This document shows, piece by piece, positions 9,393-18,103 of a DNA stretch of 42,774 bases. Location of the stretch: positions 1 to 42,774 of the forward strand of contig CAMAVZ010000017.1 in NCBI GenBank assembly GCA_945861645.1. Direction: 5' to 3'. The position numbers and the translations under genes were made by a program. A model generated the notes under the pieces. It saw only the letters and a list, made by a program, of their open reading frames with translations. It did not search any database and was not told where the DNA came from. Every line of letters starts with the position of its first letter. The stretch's first letter is position 1. The DNA comes from Opitutus sp. GAS368 (GTDB lineage Bacteria; Verrucomicrobiota; Verrucomicrobiia; Opitutales; Opitutaceae).

Positions 9393-11246
9393 ATGAACCA
9401 CCCGCAGCATTTATCCCGTCCCGACGAAGTGCAACTGGAGGGACTGCTGGGCCGCGCCCTCCAAGCGAACCGGAGCGGGCACCTGACCGCATTTGTGGCC
9501 GATGAAACCAGCCGGCCCATTGCCCTCTTTGCTCCCGCTCGGGTCTGCTGCAACCACGAGGGCGACTGGTATGGGGAACACGCCGGCAAGTGGCTGTACA
9601 CCGCCGCCCGCGCAGCCCAGCGCACCTCTGATCCCGGGCTCATCGCAAATTTGCACCGAGTGGCGGGGTATCTGGTGCACGTGCAGGAACCCGACGGCTA
9701 TCTGGGAACTTATGCCCCGGCCCGGCGCTTCATGCATTCCGTGGCGCCCGGACCGCGCACCTGGGATGGAGCCCCGGGGCAGCGCACCTGGGATATCTGG
9801 GTGCTGAGCTATCTCATTCTGGGATTACTGGAGGTGCATAAATATTTTCCCCGGGCCGAATATCTGCAGGCGGCAAAAAAAATCGGCGATCTCTGCGCGC
9901 GGACCCTGACCGAGGGCCGGATCAATATCACGGCCCTCGGCAACCATCATGGGCTGTCCGCCACGGTCCTGCTGGATCCAGCCGTGGAACTCTATTTCGC
10001 CACCCAGGATAAGCGCTATCTGGAGTTGGCTGAGTTGATCCTGCGGCAGGCCAACCAGCATCCGCCGCTGGCATTGCTCCCCCAAGCCCTGGCCGGCACG
10101 GATGCAGCCGCTATAGCCACCGGTAAATCCTACCAGCTTTCCTGGAATCTGGTCGGGCTCATCAAACTCCATCGCGCCACTGGCAACCCCGAATACCTGA
10201 CGGCGGCGCAAAAGGTATGGTTCAGTATCCGGCAATACCACTTGACGCTCGGCGGTGGCCCGTGGGGCGGAGTGGCCCACCGTTCTCGCGAGGTCTTCAA
10301 CCCCGCCGGAGTCTTTAGTCCCTACGGGTATGTCGAGACCTGTTCTACCTTGTCGTGGATCCAGCTGAACCGCGAATTATTCCTGCTCACCGGCGAAGCC
10401 AAATATGCCGAGGAAATCGAAAAATCGGCCTACAATGATTTGCTGGGGGCGCAGGCTCCCGACGGCATTGATTGGTGCTACTACTCTTTTCCCAATGGCA
10501 AACGGGTCTACACGACCTATTGGCGCTGTTGCAAATCGAGCGGACCGCTGGCCTTGGAGGAACTAGCACCCCTCGCCTACAGTACGACCGCCACGGGTGA
10601 TATCTCGGTCAATCTCTATGGACCCAATCACGCGACCCTCACGACGCCAACCGCCGGCTCGGTCCATTTTGAGCAGATCACCCGCTATCCCTTCGACGGT
10701 GATATCCGGATGGTGGTACGGCCGGAACGGCCGGCCAACTTCGTAATTGCCGTGCGCATCCCGGCCTGGGCGGAAGAGGCGACCGTAGCGGTCAACGGCG
10801 AGCCGGTGGAGGCTAGGCCGGCACCCAATACATTCCTGCCGCTGCGGCGAACCTGGCAGGCCGGCGACGCGATCACCCTGCGGTTTCCCCTCCGACCGCT
10901 CTGGCACGAGCAGACCAATCGCAACGTGCAGGAGTCACGCGCCCCCGATGGCTCCAGCATCAACCAGGAAGTATTGCGCTTTGACTATGCCGCCATCAGC
11001 CGCGGACCGTTGGTCTATGCGACCAGCCTCATCGATGGCTTCAAGGTGGAGGAGACGCTGCGTTTACCCGCTGACCGTAATCAAGTATCGCTGGAAGTTC
11101 TAGATGCTCCGCCCGGTTGCGAGGGACCGGCCATCCGCCTGAACCTTGGGTACCGTCCGGCCCTGACGTTCCATCCCTATTACGAAGCGGGCGGAAGGCA
11201 GGACCATGCCTGGCGGCTCACTTGGATGCAGCTCGATCCGTCCTGA
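9393..11246 (+). CDS. Glycoside hydrolase family 127/146 (beta-L-arabinofuranosidase-like, DUF1680)
   Basis: WYGEHAGKW, QEPDGYLG, Zn/Cys motifs YVETC and WRCC, EKSAYN, TRYPFDG, RIPAWA, RGPLVY; no signal peptide. Confidence 0.9.
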   Translation: MNHPQHLSRPDEVQLEGLLGRALQANRSGHLTAFVADETSRPIALFAPARVCCNHEGDWYGEHAGKWLYTAARAAQRTSDPGLIANLHRVAGYLVHVQEPDGYLGTYAPARRFMHSVAPGPRTWDGAPGQRTWDIWVLSYLILGLLEVHKYFPRAEYLQAAKKIGDLCARTLTEGRINITALGNHHGLSATVLLDPAVELYFATQDKRYLELAELILRQANQHPPLALLPQALAGTDAAAIATGKSYQLSWNLVGLIKLHRATGNPEYLTAAQKVWFSIRQYHLTLGGGPWGGVAHRSREVFNPAGVFSPYGYVETCSTLSWIQLNRELFLLTGEAKYAEEIEKSAYNDLLGAQAPDGIDWCYYSFPNGKRVYTTYWRCCKSSGPLALEELAPLAYSTTATGDISVNLYGPNHATLTTPTAGSVHFEQITRYPFDGDIRMVVRPERPANFVIAVRIPAWAEEATVAVNGEPVEARPAPNTFLPLRRTWQAGDAITLRFPLRPLWHEQTNRNVQESRAPDGSSINQEVLRFDYAAISRGPLVYATSLIDGFKVEETLRLPADRNQVSLEVLDAPPGCEGPAIRLNLGYRPALTFHPYYEAGGRQDHAWRLTWMQLDPS

Positions 11247-11255
11247 TGGACAATT

Positions 11256-11321
11256 GGTAGGAGCCGTTGCCCTCAATCGCCTGACCGATGCAAAAGGCCG
11301 TTGAGGGCAACGGCCCCTACC
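11256..11321. repeat. Inverted pair of GTAG-type REP elements (REPIN/BIME-like) between convergent genes
   Basis: GGTAGGAGCCGTTGCCCTCAA (11256-11276) vs TTGAGGGCAACGGCCCCTACC (11301-11321): 20/21 inverted match; the right unit reads GTAG-G-GGCCGTTG-CCCT-CAACGGCC (internal hairpin), the left is a slightly degenerate copy. Confidence 0.8.
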
Positions 11322-11454
11322 TAAAATCCAAATTCAAAGAGACGTTGGGACAACTTCATCCTTACGTGCCAGCCAGCCATAGCGTTGGCGACGGTTGGCG
11401 CTTCGTTTTTCGTGGTGAAACTCATCCGCTTGTTTCCGGCTCAGCCGGACATCG

Positions 11455-12423
11455 CTACCGGGTGATACCAGCGGGATAGAAACGATTTATTTCCGCCTCG
11501 GTCGGCATTGCATTGGCCGCTCCGGGCTTCGTGATGGACAGCGCTGCGACCGCCGTGCCGAGCCGGGCGGCGGCCACCATATCGCCGCCATAGCGCACCA
11601 ATCCAGCCGCCAAACCACCGCAGAAAGCATCGCCCGCGCCCGTCGTGTCGACAACCTTCATGCCGGTATGCGCCGGGATCATCCGCCAGCCGTCCCGGCT
11701 GGAAATGAAACAGCCTCGCTTGCCCAGGGTGACAATCACAGTGGGCACCTTGAATTTCCGGCAAAGCGCCTGGAACTGCGCGGCCGGCATCTCCTGCAGA
11801 TCGCGCTGGCGGATTTGCGGCAGGTGGCGGATTTGCGGCAGGTGGCGGAGCAACGCGGCAAATTCCGTCTCGTTCGGCACGAGAATATCCACGTCAGCCA
11901 GGAGTGCCGGATTAAAATCAGCCGGCATCGGGGCAGGGTTGAGCAGGGTCGTCACGCCCGCCTGACGGGCGACCCGCAGCACCCGGGCGGTGGTCTCCTG
12001 GTTGGACTCCAGCTGGGTCAATACGATTTTGGTGTGCGTCAACAGGCGGCGGGGAATATCGGCCATGACCAGCCGGGCGTTCGCCCCCGGTTCAATGACG
12101 ATCTGGTTCTGCCCTTCCGCATTGAGCAGTATCATCGCCGTACCGCTGGGACAACCGGACTTAACGACCAGCCGACAGCCAATGCGGGCCTGGCGATAAA
12201 AGGCGCGCACCTGCCCGGTGAATGCGCCCGGGCCCATGGCTCCGATAAAAACAGTGCGCGCACCGGCCCGGCCGCAGGCAATCGCCTGGTTCGAGCCCTT
12301 GCCACCTTGGCCGACCCGCAATCGGCCCACCACCGTTTCGCCGCGCGCCGGGAATTCGTCGCAGGCAAAAGTCAGATCCTGCATGATGCTGCCAATAACG
12401 ACGACGGCGGGAAAGGAAGGCAT
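11455..12423 (-). CDS. rbsK: Ribokinase-family (PfkB) sugar kinase
   Basis: GSIMQDL, GGKGSNQA, G.NQIV, LNPAP, PNETE, VTLGKRG, DTTGAGDAF; substrate may not be ribose (see findings). Confidence 0.85.
   Translation of the reverse strand: MPSFPAVVVIGSIMQDLTFACDEFPARGETVVGRLRVGQGGKGSNQAIACGRAGARTVFIGAMGPGAFTGQVRAFYRQARIGCRLVVKSGCPSGTAMILLNAEGQNQIVIEPGANARLVMADIPRRLLTHTKIVLTQLESNQETTARVLRVARQAGVTTLLNPAPMPADFNPALLADVDILVPNETEFAALLRHLPQIRHLPQIRQRDLQEMPAAQFQALCRKFKVPTVIVTLGKRGCFISSRDGWRMIPAHTGMKVVDTTGAGDAFCGGLAAGLVRYGGDMVAAARLGTAVAALSITKPGAANAMPTEAEINRFYPAGITR
11807..11849. repeat. In-frame 18-bp tandem duplication inside the kinase gene (RHLPQI x2)
   Basis: TGGCGGATTTGCGGCAGG x2 plus TGGCGGA. Confidence 0.95.
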
Positions 12424-12482
12424 AGCGGGAGGAAAGGCTGGTGCGAGACCGCCGCGTGTCGGAGATTAGTCGCTTGATTCAT

Positions 12483-12494
12483 GCAAACGTTTGC
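12483..12494. promoter_or_regulatory. LacI-family operator 2 upstream of the kinase
   Basis: GCAAACGTTTGC 60 bp upstream of the kinase ATG, overlapping an inverted repeat GCTTGAC-ATAAG-GTCAAGC that carries -35-like TTGAC on both strands. Confidence 0.88.
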
Positions 12495-12538
12495 TTGACA
12501 TAAGGTCAAGCGAAACCGTGCGGGGCTGCAGTCCGCTG

Positions 12539-13543
12539 CTAACAAGACCGCCGGATGATCAACTCGGGCAGCAGCTTCAGGCTGGTGGGCGGTTGCTTGC
12601 CGTCCTTGATGCGCTTGAGCAGCAACTCCGCGGCATACTTGCCCACTTCATATGCCGGTTGCTTGACCATCGTGAGGGGCGGATTGAAAACCGCGGCTAG
12701 GGGCAGATCATCGTAGCCGACCAGCGCAATCTGCTTCGGAATTTTCAAGCCCCGCGCGGCGATGGTTTCGAGCGCCCCGATCATCATCAGGCCGTTGCTG
12801 ACAAACAGCGCAGTGGGCGGTTCGGCCAGCGCGAGAAGTTCGCGCGTGAGCAGTCGACCGCTTTCTTGCTTGAAATCGCCAAATTTGATCAGCTCGGACT
12901 TGACCGGCAGCCGGGCCGCCATCAGCGCATCCTTTCCGCCCCGCAAGCGCTCGCGCCCCGTGGAAGAATTGGACGGCCCCGCGATAAATCCGATGCGGCG
13001 GTGACCTTGGGCAATGATGTGCTCGACGGCCTTGTAGGCCCCCATGTGATTGTCGACTTCGACCTTGTCGAGCGCGCTGTCCTCGAGGATTCGGTCGACG
13101 CAGACCACGGGCGTGCCGTTTTTGACCACCTGCATGACGGCCGGGTCGTTTTCGTGAATCGGCGGCAGGATAATGCCATCCACAGATTCGGCCTGCATGA
13201 CATCGAGATAAAATTGCTCCTTTTTCTCATCCTCATCGTAGTTGCATAGCAACAAGGCAAAATTGTTCTTATACGCGACGTCCTCCACCCCTCGGGCAAG
13301 ATCGGCGAAAAAGGGATTTTGGATGTTCGGAATGATCAAACCCAGCAGATGCGTGCTCGCGTCCCGGACCCGCAGCCGCCGAGCGACCCGGTTGGGCTTG
13401 TAGCCCAGCTCGCGCATGACCTTGAGTACGCGGGCCTGAGTTTCGGCGCCGATTTTGCCGGTCTGGTTGATCGTGCGCGAGACAGTTGAGATGTTCACCT
13501 TGGCCTTCCGGGCGACGTCAACTAAGCTGGGGGCTTTCTTCAT
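12539..13543 (-). CDS. LacI-family transcriptional repressor (RbsR/PurR-like)
   Basis: HTH SLVDVARKAKVNISTVSRTIN, LGYKPNRVARRL, NPFF, VDGIIL, PTALFVSN, VGYDD, PPLT; ATG 13543 (MKKAPS). Confidence 0.95.
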   Translation of the reverse strand: MKKAPSLVDVARKAKVNISTVSRTINQTGKIGAETQARVLKVMRELGYKPNRVARRLRVRDASTHLLGLIIPNIQNPFFADLARGVEDVAYKNNFALLLCNYDEDEKKEQFYLDVMQAESVDGIILPPIHENDPAVMQVVKNGTPVVCVDRILEDSALDKVEVDNHMGAYKAVEHIIAQGHRRIGFIAGPSNSSTGRERLRGGKDALMAARLPVKSELIKFGDFKQESGRLLTRELLALAEPPTALFVSNGLMMIGALETIAARGLKIPKQIALVGYDDLPLAAVFNPPLTMVKQPAYEVGKYAAELLLKRIKDGKQPPTSLKLLPELIIRRSC

Positions 13544-13688
13544 GGCAGATGCAAAGGGATGGTTGTTCTCGTTACTAAATGGGCAGGAGCGCGCCGGGAG
13601 CAAAGTGGGATGTGAGTCGCCGCGCAGTTATGTCGCGGGCGACCGAGTGGCATTGGGCTGTTTTAAGGATGGACAGACGCCTTAGCGA

Positions 13689-13704
13689 GCGCAAACGTTT
13701 GCGC
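13689..13704. promoter_or_regulatory. LacI-family operator 3 between lacI-like gene and FGE-fold operon
   Basis: Perfect 16-bp palindrome GCGCAAACGTTTGCGC. Confidence 0.9.
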
Positions 13705-13818
13705 AAAATTAATGAGTTGCCCGACGCCTGATGATAGCGATGTCCTGTTGACGGCCGCGGCCGTGAATCCGATCATACTGATTTCTCGCCCCGCCCTGCC
13801 CATTAAATCCGCCCACCC

Positions 13819-15975
13819 ATGAGCAAGCCCCAGCGCGCCCCGACCGCCCAGCAGACTGAGTTTCAACTCTCCCACGCGCGCAATGGCCCGCACCTACCGC
13901 TGCCGGCAAGCACGCCGGGCTGGCCCTTCCAGACCACCGGTTATTGGCGGCAGGATGTGAATAGCGCGTCCGCCGCGTGGGTGCGTGATTTCCGCGAGTG
14001 GCGCCATGAACATCTCATCAGGATGGGCTACGACGGGGTAAATTACGAGCGACCCGAGTTCAAATGGTCGCAAAGCAACTTCGTACACGCCCAGATGATG
14101 GTCGAAGACCGATATTTCTACGACCCGGCCGCTGGGAAATATACCGTCGATCGATATCTCGATGATCTCGAGCGCCGCTTCGGCGGGATCGATAGCGTGC
14201 TGCTCTGGTATGTTTACCCGAACATTGGGATCGATGACCGCAACCAGACTGCGCTGGCTTCAGACCTGCCAGGCGGGCTGGCCGGCCTGAAGCAGGCTGT
14301 CGCGGATTTCCACCGCCGCGGCGTCAAGGTCTTCATCCCCACCATGGCGTGGGACAACGGCACGAAACCGGAGGGCCGGCCCGATTGGGAGGCCGTCGCC
14401 CGACTCGCGCAGGCCATCGGGGCTGACGGGGTCAATGGCGATACTTACAGCGGGGTGCCCCGAGCCTTCCTGGAGACAGCCGACAAGCTCGGCCATCCGC
14501 TCGTGTTTCAACCCGAGGCCGTGCCGCTGTCCGACGAGGCCCTGATGTGGAATCTCCAAAGCTGGGGCAAATTGCTCCCCGCCGAAGTCATCCCCCCGGT
14601 CAGCAAATTGAAGTGGCTCGAACCGCGCCACATGACCAACACGGAGAACCGGTGGGGCCGCGACCGCACGAACGATTTTCACTATATTTTCTTCAACGGC
14701 ACCGGCTACAACGCCTGGGAGAACATCTGGGGCGTGTGGAACCAGTTCACGCCACGCGATGGCGCCGCGCTCCGGCGCATCGCTCATCTCTACCGTAAAT
14801 TCCCCGAGCTGCTCGTCAGCGCCGACTGGGAGCCCTACGCGCACACGCTCCAGCCCGGCGTTTTCGCCACAATGTTTCCCGGCCGCGAAACCACGCTCTG
14901 GACAGTGGTCAACCGCTACGATTACGAACTGGCCGGCGACCAGCTGCTCGTTGCCCACCTCGAGGGCCGTCGCTACTACGACGCGTGGCACGGCGGGGAG
15001 ATTGCACCGCGCCTCGCGGACGGGAAGGCCGCGCTCGCTTTTCCCCTGGAGCCGCGCGGTTTCGGTGCCGTGCTGGCTGTCGAAGCCGGCGCCAAGGTCG
15101 CAGGGCTTGTCGATTTCCTGGCCCAGCGGCAGGAACTCACCCGCACCCCGCTCCGCAGTCTCTCGGCCGAGTGGCACGCGCTTCCGCAACAGCTCGTGCC
15201 GATCGCACCGACCAAGCCGGCGGCGCAAACGCCGCCCGGCATGGTGACGATCCCTGGCGGCGAGTTCGAATTCAAGGTCACCGGCATCGAGATCGAGGGC
15301 TTCACCTGGAGCGGTCTCGATTTCCAATACCCTTGGGAAAACTCCCCGCGCCGGGCGCATCTCCACCGGATGACCCTGCCGGCGTTTCATCTGGACCGGT
15401 ATCCGGTCACGAACGCCGACTATAAAAAGTTCACCGCCGCGACCGGCTACCGTCCGAAAGACGACCATCATTTTCTTCGCGACTGGAAAGACGGCGTGCC
15501 GCAGTCCGGCTGGGAAAAGAAACCGGTCACCTGGGTTTCGCTTGAAGATGCCCGCGCCTACGCCGCCTGGGCGGGCAAGCGCCTGCCCCACGAGTGGGAA
15601 TGGCAATACGCCGCACAAGGCACCGACGGCCGCCTCTACCCGTGGGGCAACGAGTGGAACGCCGCCCACTTGGCAAAGCCCAACCGCGGGCGCACGCTGC
15701 TGCCCCCTGACGATGTCGATGCGCACCCCGGCGGAGCCAGTCCCTTCGGCGTGTTGGATCTTGTGGGCAACGTCTGGCAGTGGACCGATGAGTTCGTGGA
15801 TGAACACACCCGGGCCGCTGCCCTGCGCGGCGGCAGTTCCTACCAGCCGCAGACTTCGCACTGGTATTTTCCGCAGGCCTACCAGCTCGACCAGCACGGT
15901 AAATATCTGCTGATGGCCCCCGGCAAGGATCGCAGCGGCATGCTCGGCTTTCGCTGCGCGGTCGATGCGGACTGA
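13819..15975 (+). CDS. Glycosidase-like TIM-barrel domain fused to C-terminal FGE/SUMF1-fold domain
   Basis: N-term GGIDSVLLW.VYP, GGLAGLKQAVADFHRRGVKV, ADGVNGD, QPE; C-term MVTIPGGEF, DRYPVTNADY, PVTWVSLEDARAY, KRLPHEWEWQYAA, DLVGNVWQW, RGGS, GFRC. Confidence 0.8.
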   Translation: MSKPQRAPTAQQTEFQLSHARNGPHLPLPASTPGWPFQTTGYWRQDVNSASAAWVRDFREWRHEHLIRMGYDGVNYERPEFKWSQSNFVHAQMMVEDRYFYDPAAGKYTVDRYLDDLERRFGGIDSVLLWYVYPNIGIDDRNQTALASDLPGGLAGLKQAVADFHRRGVKVFIPTMAWDNGTKPEGRPDWEAVARLAQAIGADGVNGDTYSGVPRAFLETADKLGHPLVFQPEAVPLSDEALMWNLQSWGKLLPAEVIPPVSKLKWLEPRHMTNTENRWGRDRTNDFHYIFFNGTGYNAWENIWGVWNQFTPRDGAALRRIAHLYRKFPELLVSADWEPYAHTLQPGVFATMFPGRETTLWTVVNRYDYELAGDQLLVAHLEGRRYYDAWHGGEIAPRLADGKAALAFPLEPRGFGAVLAVEAGAKVAGLVDFLAQRQELTRTPLRSLSAEWHALPQQLVPIAPTKPAAQTPPGMVTIPGGEFEFKVTGIEIEGFTWSGLDFQYPWENSPRRAHLHRMTLPAFHLDRYPVTNADYKKFTAATGYRPKDDHHFLRDWKDGVPQSGWEKKPVTWVSLEDARAYAAWAGKRLPHEWEWQYAAQGTDGRLYPWGNEWNAAHLAKPNRGRTLLPPDDVDAHPGGASPFGVLDLVGNVWQWTDEFVDEHTRAAALRGGSSYQPQTSHWYFPQAYQLDQHGKYLLMAPGKDRSGMLGFRCAVDAD

Positions 15976-15996
15976 AATTTCAACATTCTCGTCCCC

Positions 15997-16857
15997 ATGC
16001 GCAGCAAACTATTCGTGCCCGGTGCCCGGCCGGAACTTTTCCCCAAGGCCCTCGCCGGCCAGGCTGACAGCCTGAGCTTCGACCTGGAGGATTCCGTGCT
16101 CGAATCAGCCAAGGCTGAGGCTCGGCGCCTTGTCGGGCAGGTCTTGCAATCCCCGGAATGCACCGCGTCCAAGAAGATCATCCTTGTGCGAGTCAACGGC
16201 CTCACGACGCCGCACTTCGAAGCGGACCTCGACGCCGTGGTCGGCGCGCGCCTCGACCTGCTCAATGTTCCCAAGGTGGAGTCGGCTGAGGACATCCGAA
16301 CTGTGGTCAAGGCTCTAGCCCGCCTTGAAGCGGAACGCGGCCTCACCCGCCCCATCGGCATCCTAGCCAATGTCGAGTCCCCTCGTGGGCTCCGGTTGGC
16401 CGCGGAGATCGCCTGCGCCGATCCGCGCGTGACCGGCCTGCAGGTCGGTTTCGCCGATCTCCTGGAGCCCCTCGGCATCGATCGCACTGATGCCGCCGCC
16501 ATCCACCACTTCCAGCTCGCGGTGCGCCTGGCCGCCGGCGAGGCCGGCATCTGGGCCTGCGATGCGGTCTATGCGAACTTCCAGGATCCCGAGGGCTTCC
16601 GCCTCGAAGCTCACGCCGCCAAGCGTCTCGGCTACATTGGCAAATCCTGCATCCACCCGAGCCAGATCGCGCTCGCCAACGAAGTTTTTCGACCAAGCGA
16701 TCCGGAGATCGCCTTTGCGCAACGGGTCGTGGAAGCCGCGGGCAAGACGAGCGCGGGCGCCTTCACGGTCGATGGTCGGATGATTGACGCGCCCTTCCTC
16801 AAACGAGCCCGCGCCGTCCTCGCCATCGCCCGCCAGTTGCCTCCCCGGGCCCCATGA
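15997..16857 (+). CDS. CitE-like CoA-ester lyase (HpcH/HpaI aldolase/citrate lyase beta family)
   Basis: RSKLFVPG, FDLEDSV, VRVN, PKVES, VESPRG, GKSCIHPSQI, VDGRMIDAP. Confidence 0.92.
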   Translation: MRSKLFVPGARPELFPKALAGQADSLSFDLEDSVLESAKAEARRLVGQVLQSPECTASKKIILVRVNGLTTPHFEADLDAVVGARLDLLNVPKVESAEDIRTVVKALARLEAERGLTRPIGILANVESPRGLRLAAEIACADPRVTGLQVGFADLLEPLGIDRTDAAAIHHFQLAVRLAAGEAGIWACDAVYANFQDPEGFRLEAHAAKRLGYIGKSCIHPSQIALANEVFRPSDPEIAFAQRVVEAAGKTSAGAFTVDGRMIDAPFLKRARAVLAIARQLPPRAP

Positions 16858-16867
16858 GCTTGCTGCC

Positions 16868-18103
16868 ATGCCTCTGAAAAAGCGCGATTATGACCCCGGC
16901 GCAACGGGCCCACTGGCAGGTATCCGCGTGCTCGACCTTTCGAGGCTATTCGCGGGCAATGTGCTCACCCAGATCCTAGGTGATTTTGGCGCTGAGGTCA
17001 TCAAGGTCGAGCCGCCGGAAGGCGACCCCCTCCGCGCCTGGCAGACCAACGGCGTCTCCACGCACTGGAAAATCTACGCGCGTAATAAAAAAAGTCTGGC
17101 CCTCGACCTGCGCAAACCGGAGGCCATCGACTTGCTCCGCCGTCTTGTGCCGACGGCCACGCTGCTGATCGAAAGTTTTCGTCCGGGCGTCCTGGAAATG
17201 ATGGGGCTCGCCCCCGCCCAGCTGCTCACCCTCAACCCCAAACTCGTGATCGCGCGCATTTCCGGCTGGGGCCAGGACGGCCCCTACAGCCAACGCCCCG
17301 GCTTTGGCACCGTGATCGAAGGTATGTCGGGCTTTGCCTCGTTCAACGGTTTTGCCGATCGCGAGCCTGTCCTTCCACCGATGTATCTGGCCGATGCCGT
17401 CGCCGGTCTCTACGGCGCCTCCGCGGTCATGATCGCCCTCCGCGAGGTCGAGCACAACAGCGGTCGCGGGCAGGTGATCGACCTGCCGCTGCTCGATCCG
17501 CTTTTCGCCATCCTCAGCCCCCAAGCCGCCAATTACCGGCTGACCGGCAAGGTCAAGCCGCGCACCGGCAGTCGCTCCACCAACTCCGCCCCGCGAAACG
17601 TCTACCGCTGTCAGGACGGCAAGTACGTCGCCCTCTCCGGATCCACCCAGAGCATGGCGGAACGCATCTTTCGCGCCATCGGACGCGCCGAGTTGAACGA
17701 AGATCCGCGCTTCCGCACCAACGCGAGCCGGGTGAAGCACGCGGAGGAACTCGACGCCATCCTCGGCGAATATATCGGCCGGCACCCGCAAGCCGCGAAC
17801 GTTGCCTTTTTTGAAAAGGCCAGCGTGACCGTCGGGCCAATCTATGATGTCGCGCAAATCCTCGAGGACCCTCATTTCATCGAGCGCGAAGTGGTGGCCG
17901 ATTACCCCGACGCAGAAACAGGCACTCTGCCCATGCATCACGTCGTGCCGCGCCTCGGGGGCACGCCCGGCGCGATTCGCACGCGGGCCCCGCGGCTGGG
18001 CGAGCACAACCGCGCCGTGCTGGCCGAAGTCGGCGTGGATAACTCCTCCTATACCCGCTTGGTGGCGGCCGGAGTCGTCATCAAACCTTCCGGAGCAACA
18101 TGA
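16868..18103 (+). CDS. Class III CoA-transferase (CaiB/BaiF family)
   Basis: GPLAGIRVLDLS, GDFGAEVIKVEPP.GD, RNKKSLALDL, SFRPG, ISGWGQDGPY, catalytic Asp in YLAD, APRLGEHN; ATG 16868. Confidence 0.93.
   Translation: MPLKKRDYDPGATGPLAGIRVLDLSRLFAGNVLTQILGDFGAEVIKVEPPEGDPLRAWQTNGVSTHWKIYARNKKSLALDLRKPEAIDLLRRLVPTATLLIESFRPGVLEMMGLAPAQLLTLNPKLVIARISGWGQDGPYSQRPGFGTVIEGMSGFASFNGFADREPVLPPMYLADAVAGLYGASAVMIALREVEHNSGRGQVIDLPLLDPLFAILSPQAANYRLTGKVKPRTGSRSTNSAPRNVYRCQDGKYVALSGSTQSMAERIFRAIGRAELNEDPRFRTNASRVKHAEELDAILGEYIGRHPQAANVAFFEKASVTVGPIYDVAQILEDPHFIEREVVADYPDAETGTLPMHHVVPRLGGTPGAIRTRAPRLGEHNRAVLAEVGVDNSSYTRLVAAGVVIKPSGAT

Noticed and set aside
13544-13688. Riboswitch or sRNA in the lacI leader or in 25915-26091
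   Set aside because: Only weak hairpins and pyrimidine tracts; no conserved aptamer motif recognised (an Rfam cmscan would be decisive)
14260-15897. 545-aa minus-strand ORF (also 16976-18007, 28573-29412, 11668-12477, 36359-37249, 40178-40933)
   Set aside because: Shadow frames overlapping well-supported genes in GC-rich DNA; no recognisable motifs
15232-15975. Functional formylglycine-generating enzyme or EgtB sulfoxide synthase
   Set aside because: Catalytic CxxxxC absent, no DinB-like HxxxH domain, no sulfatase or egtD nearby
15997-16857. True citrate lyase (citE with citD/citF)
   Set aside because: No citD, citF, citC or citG present; stand-alone CitE-like lyase, so no gene symbol assigned
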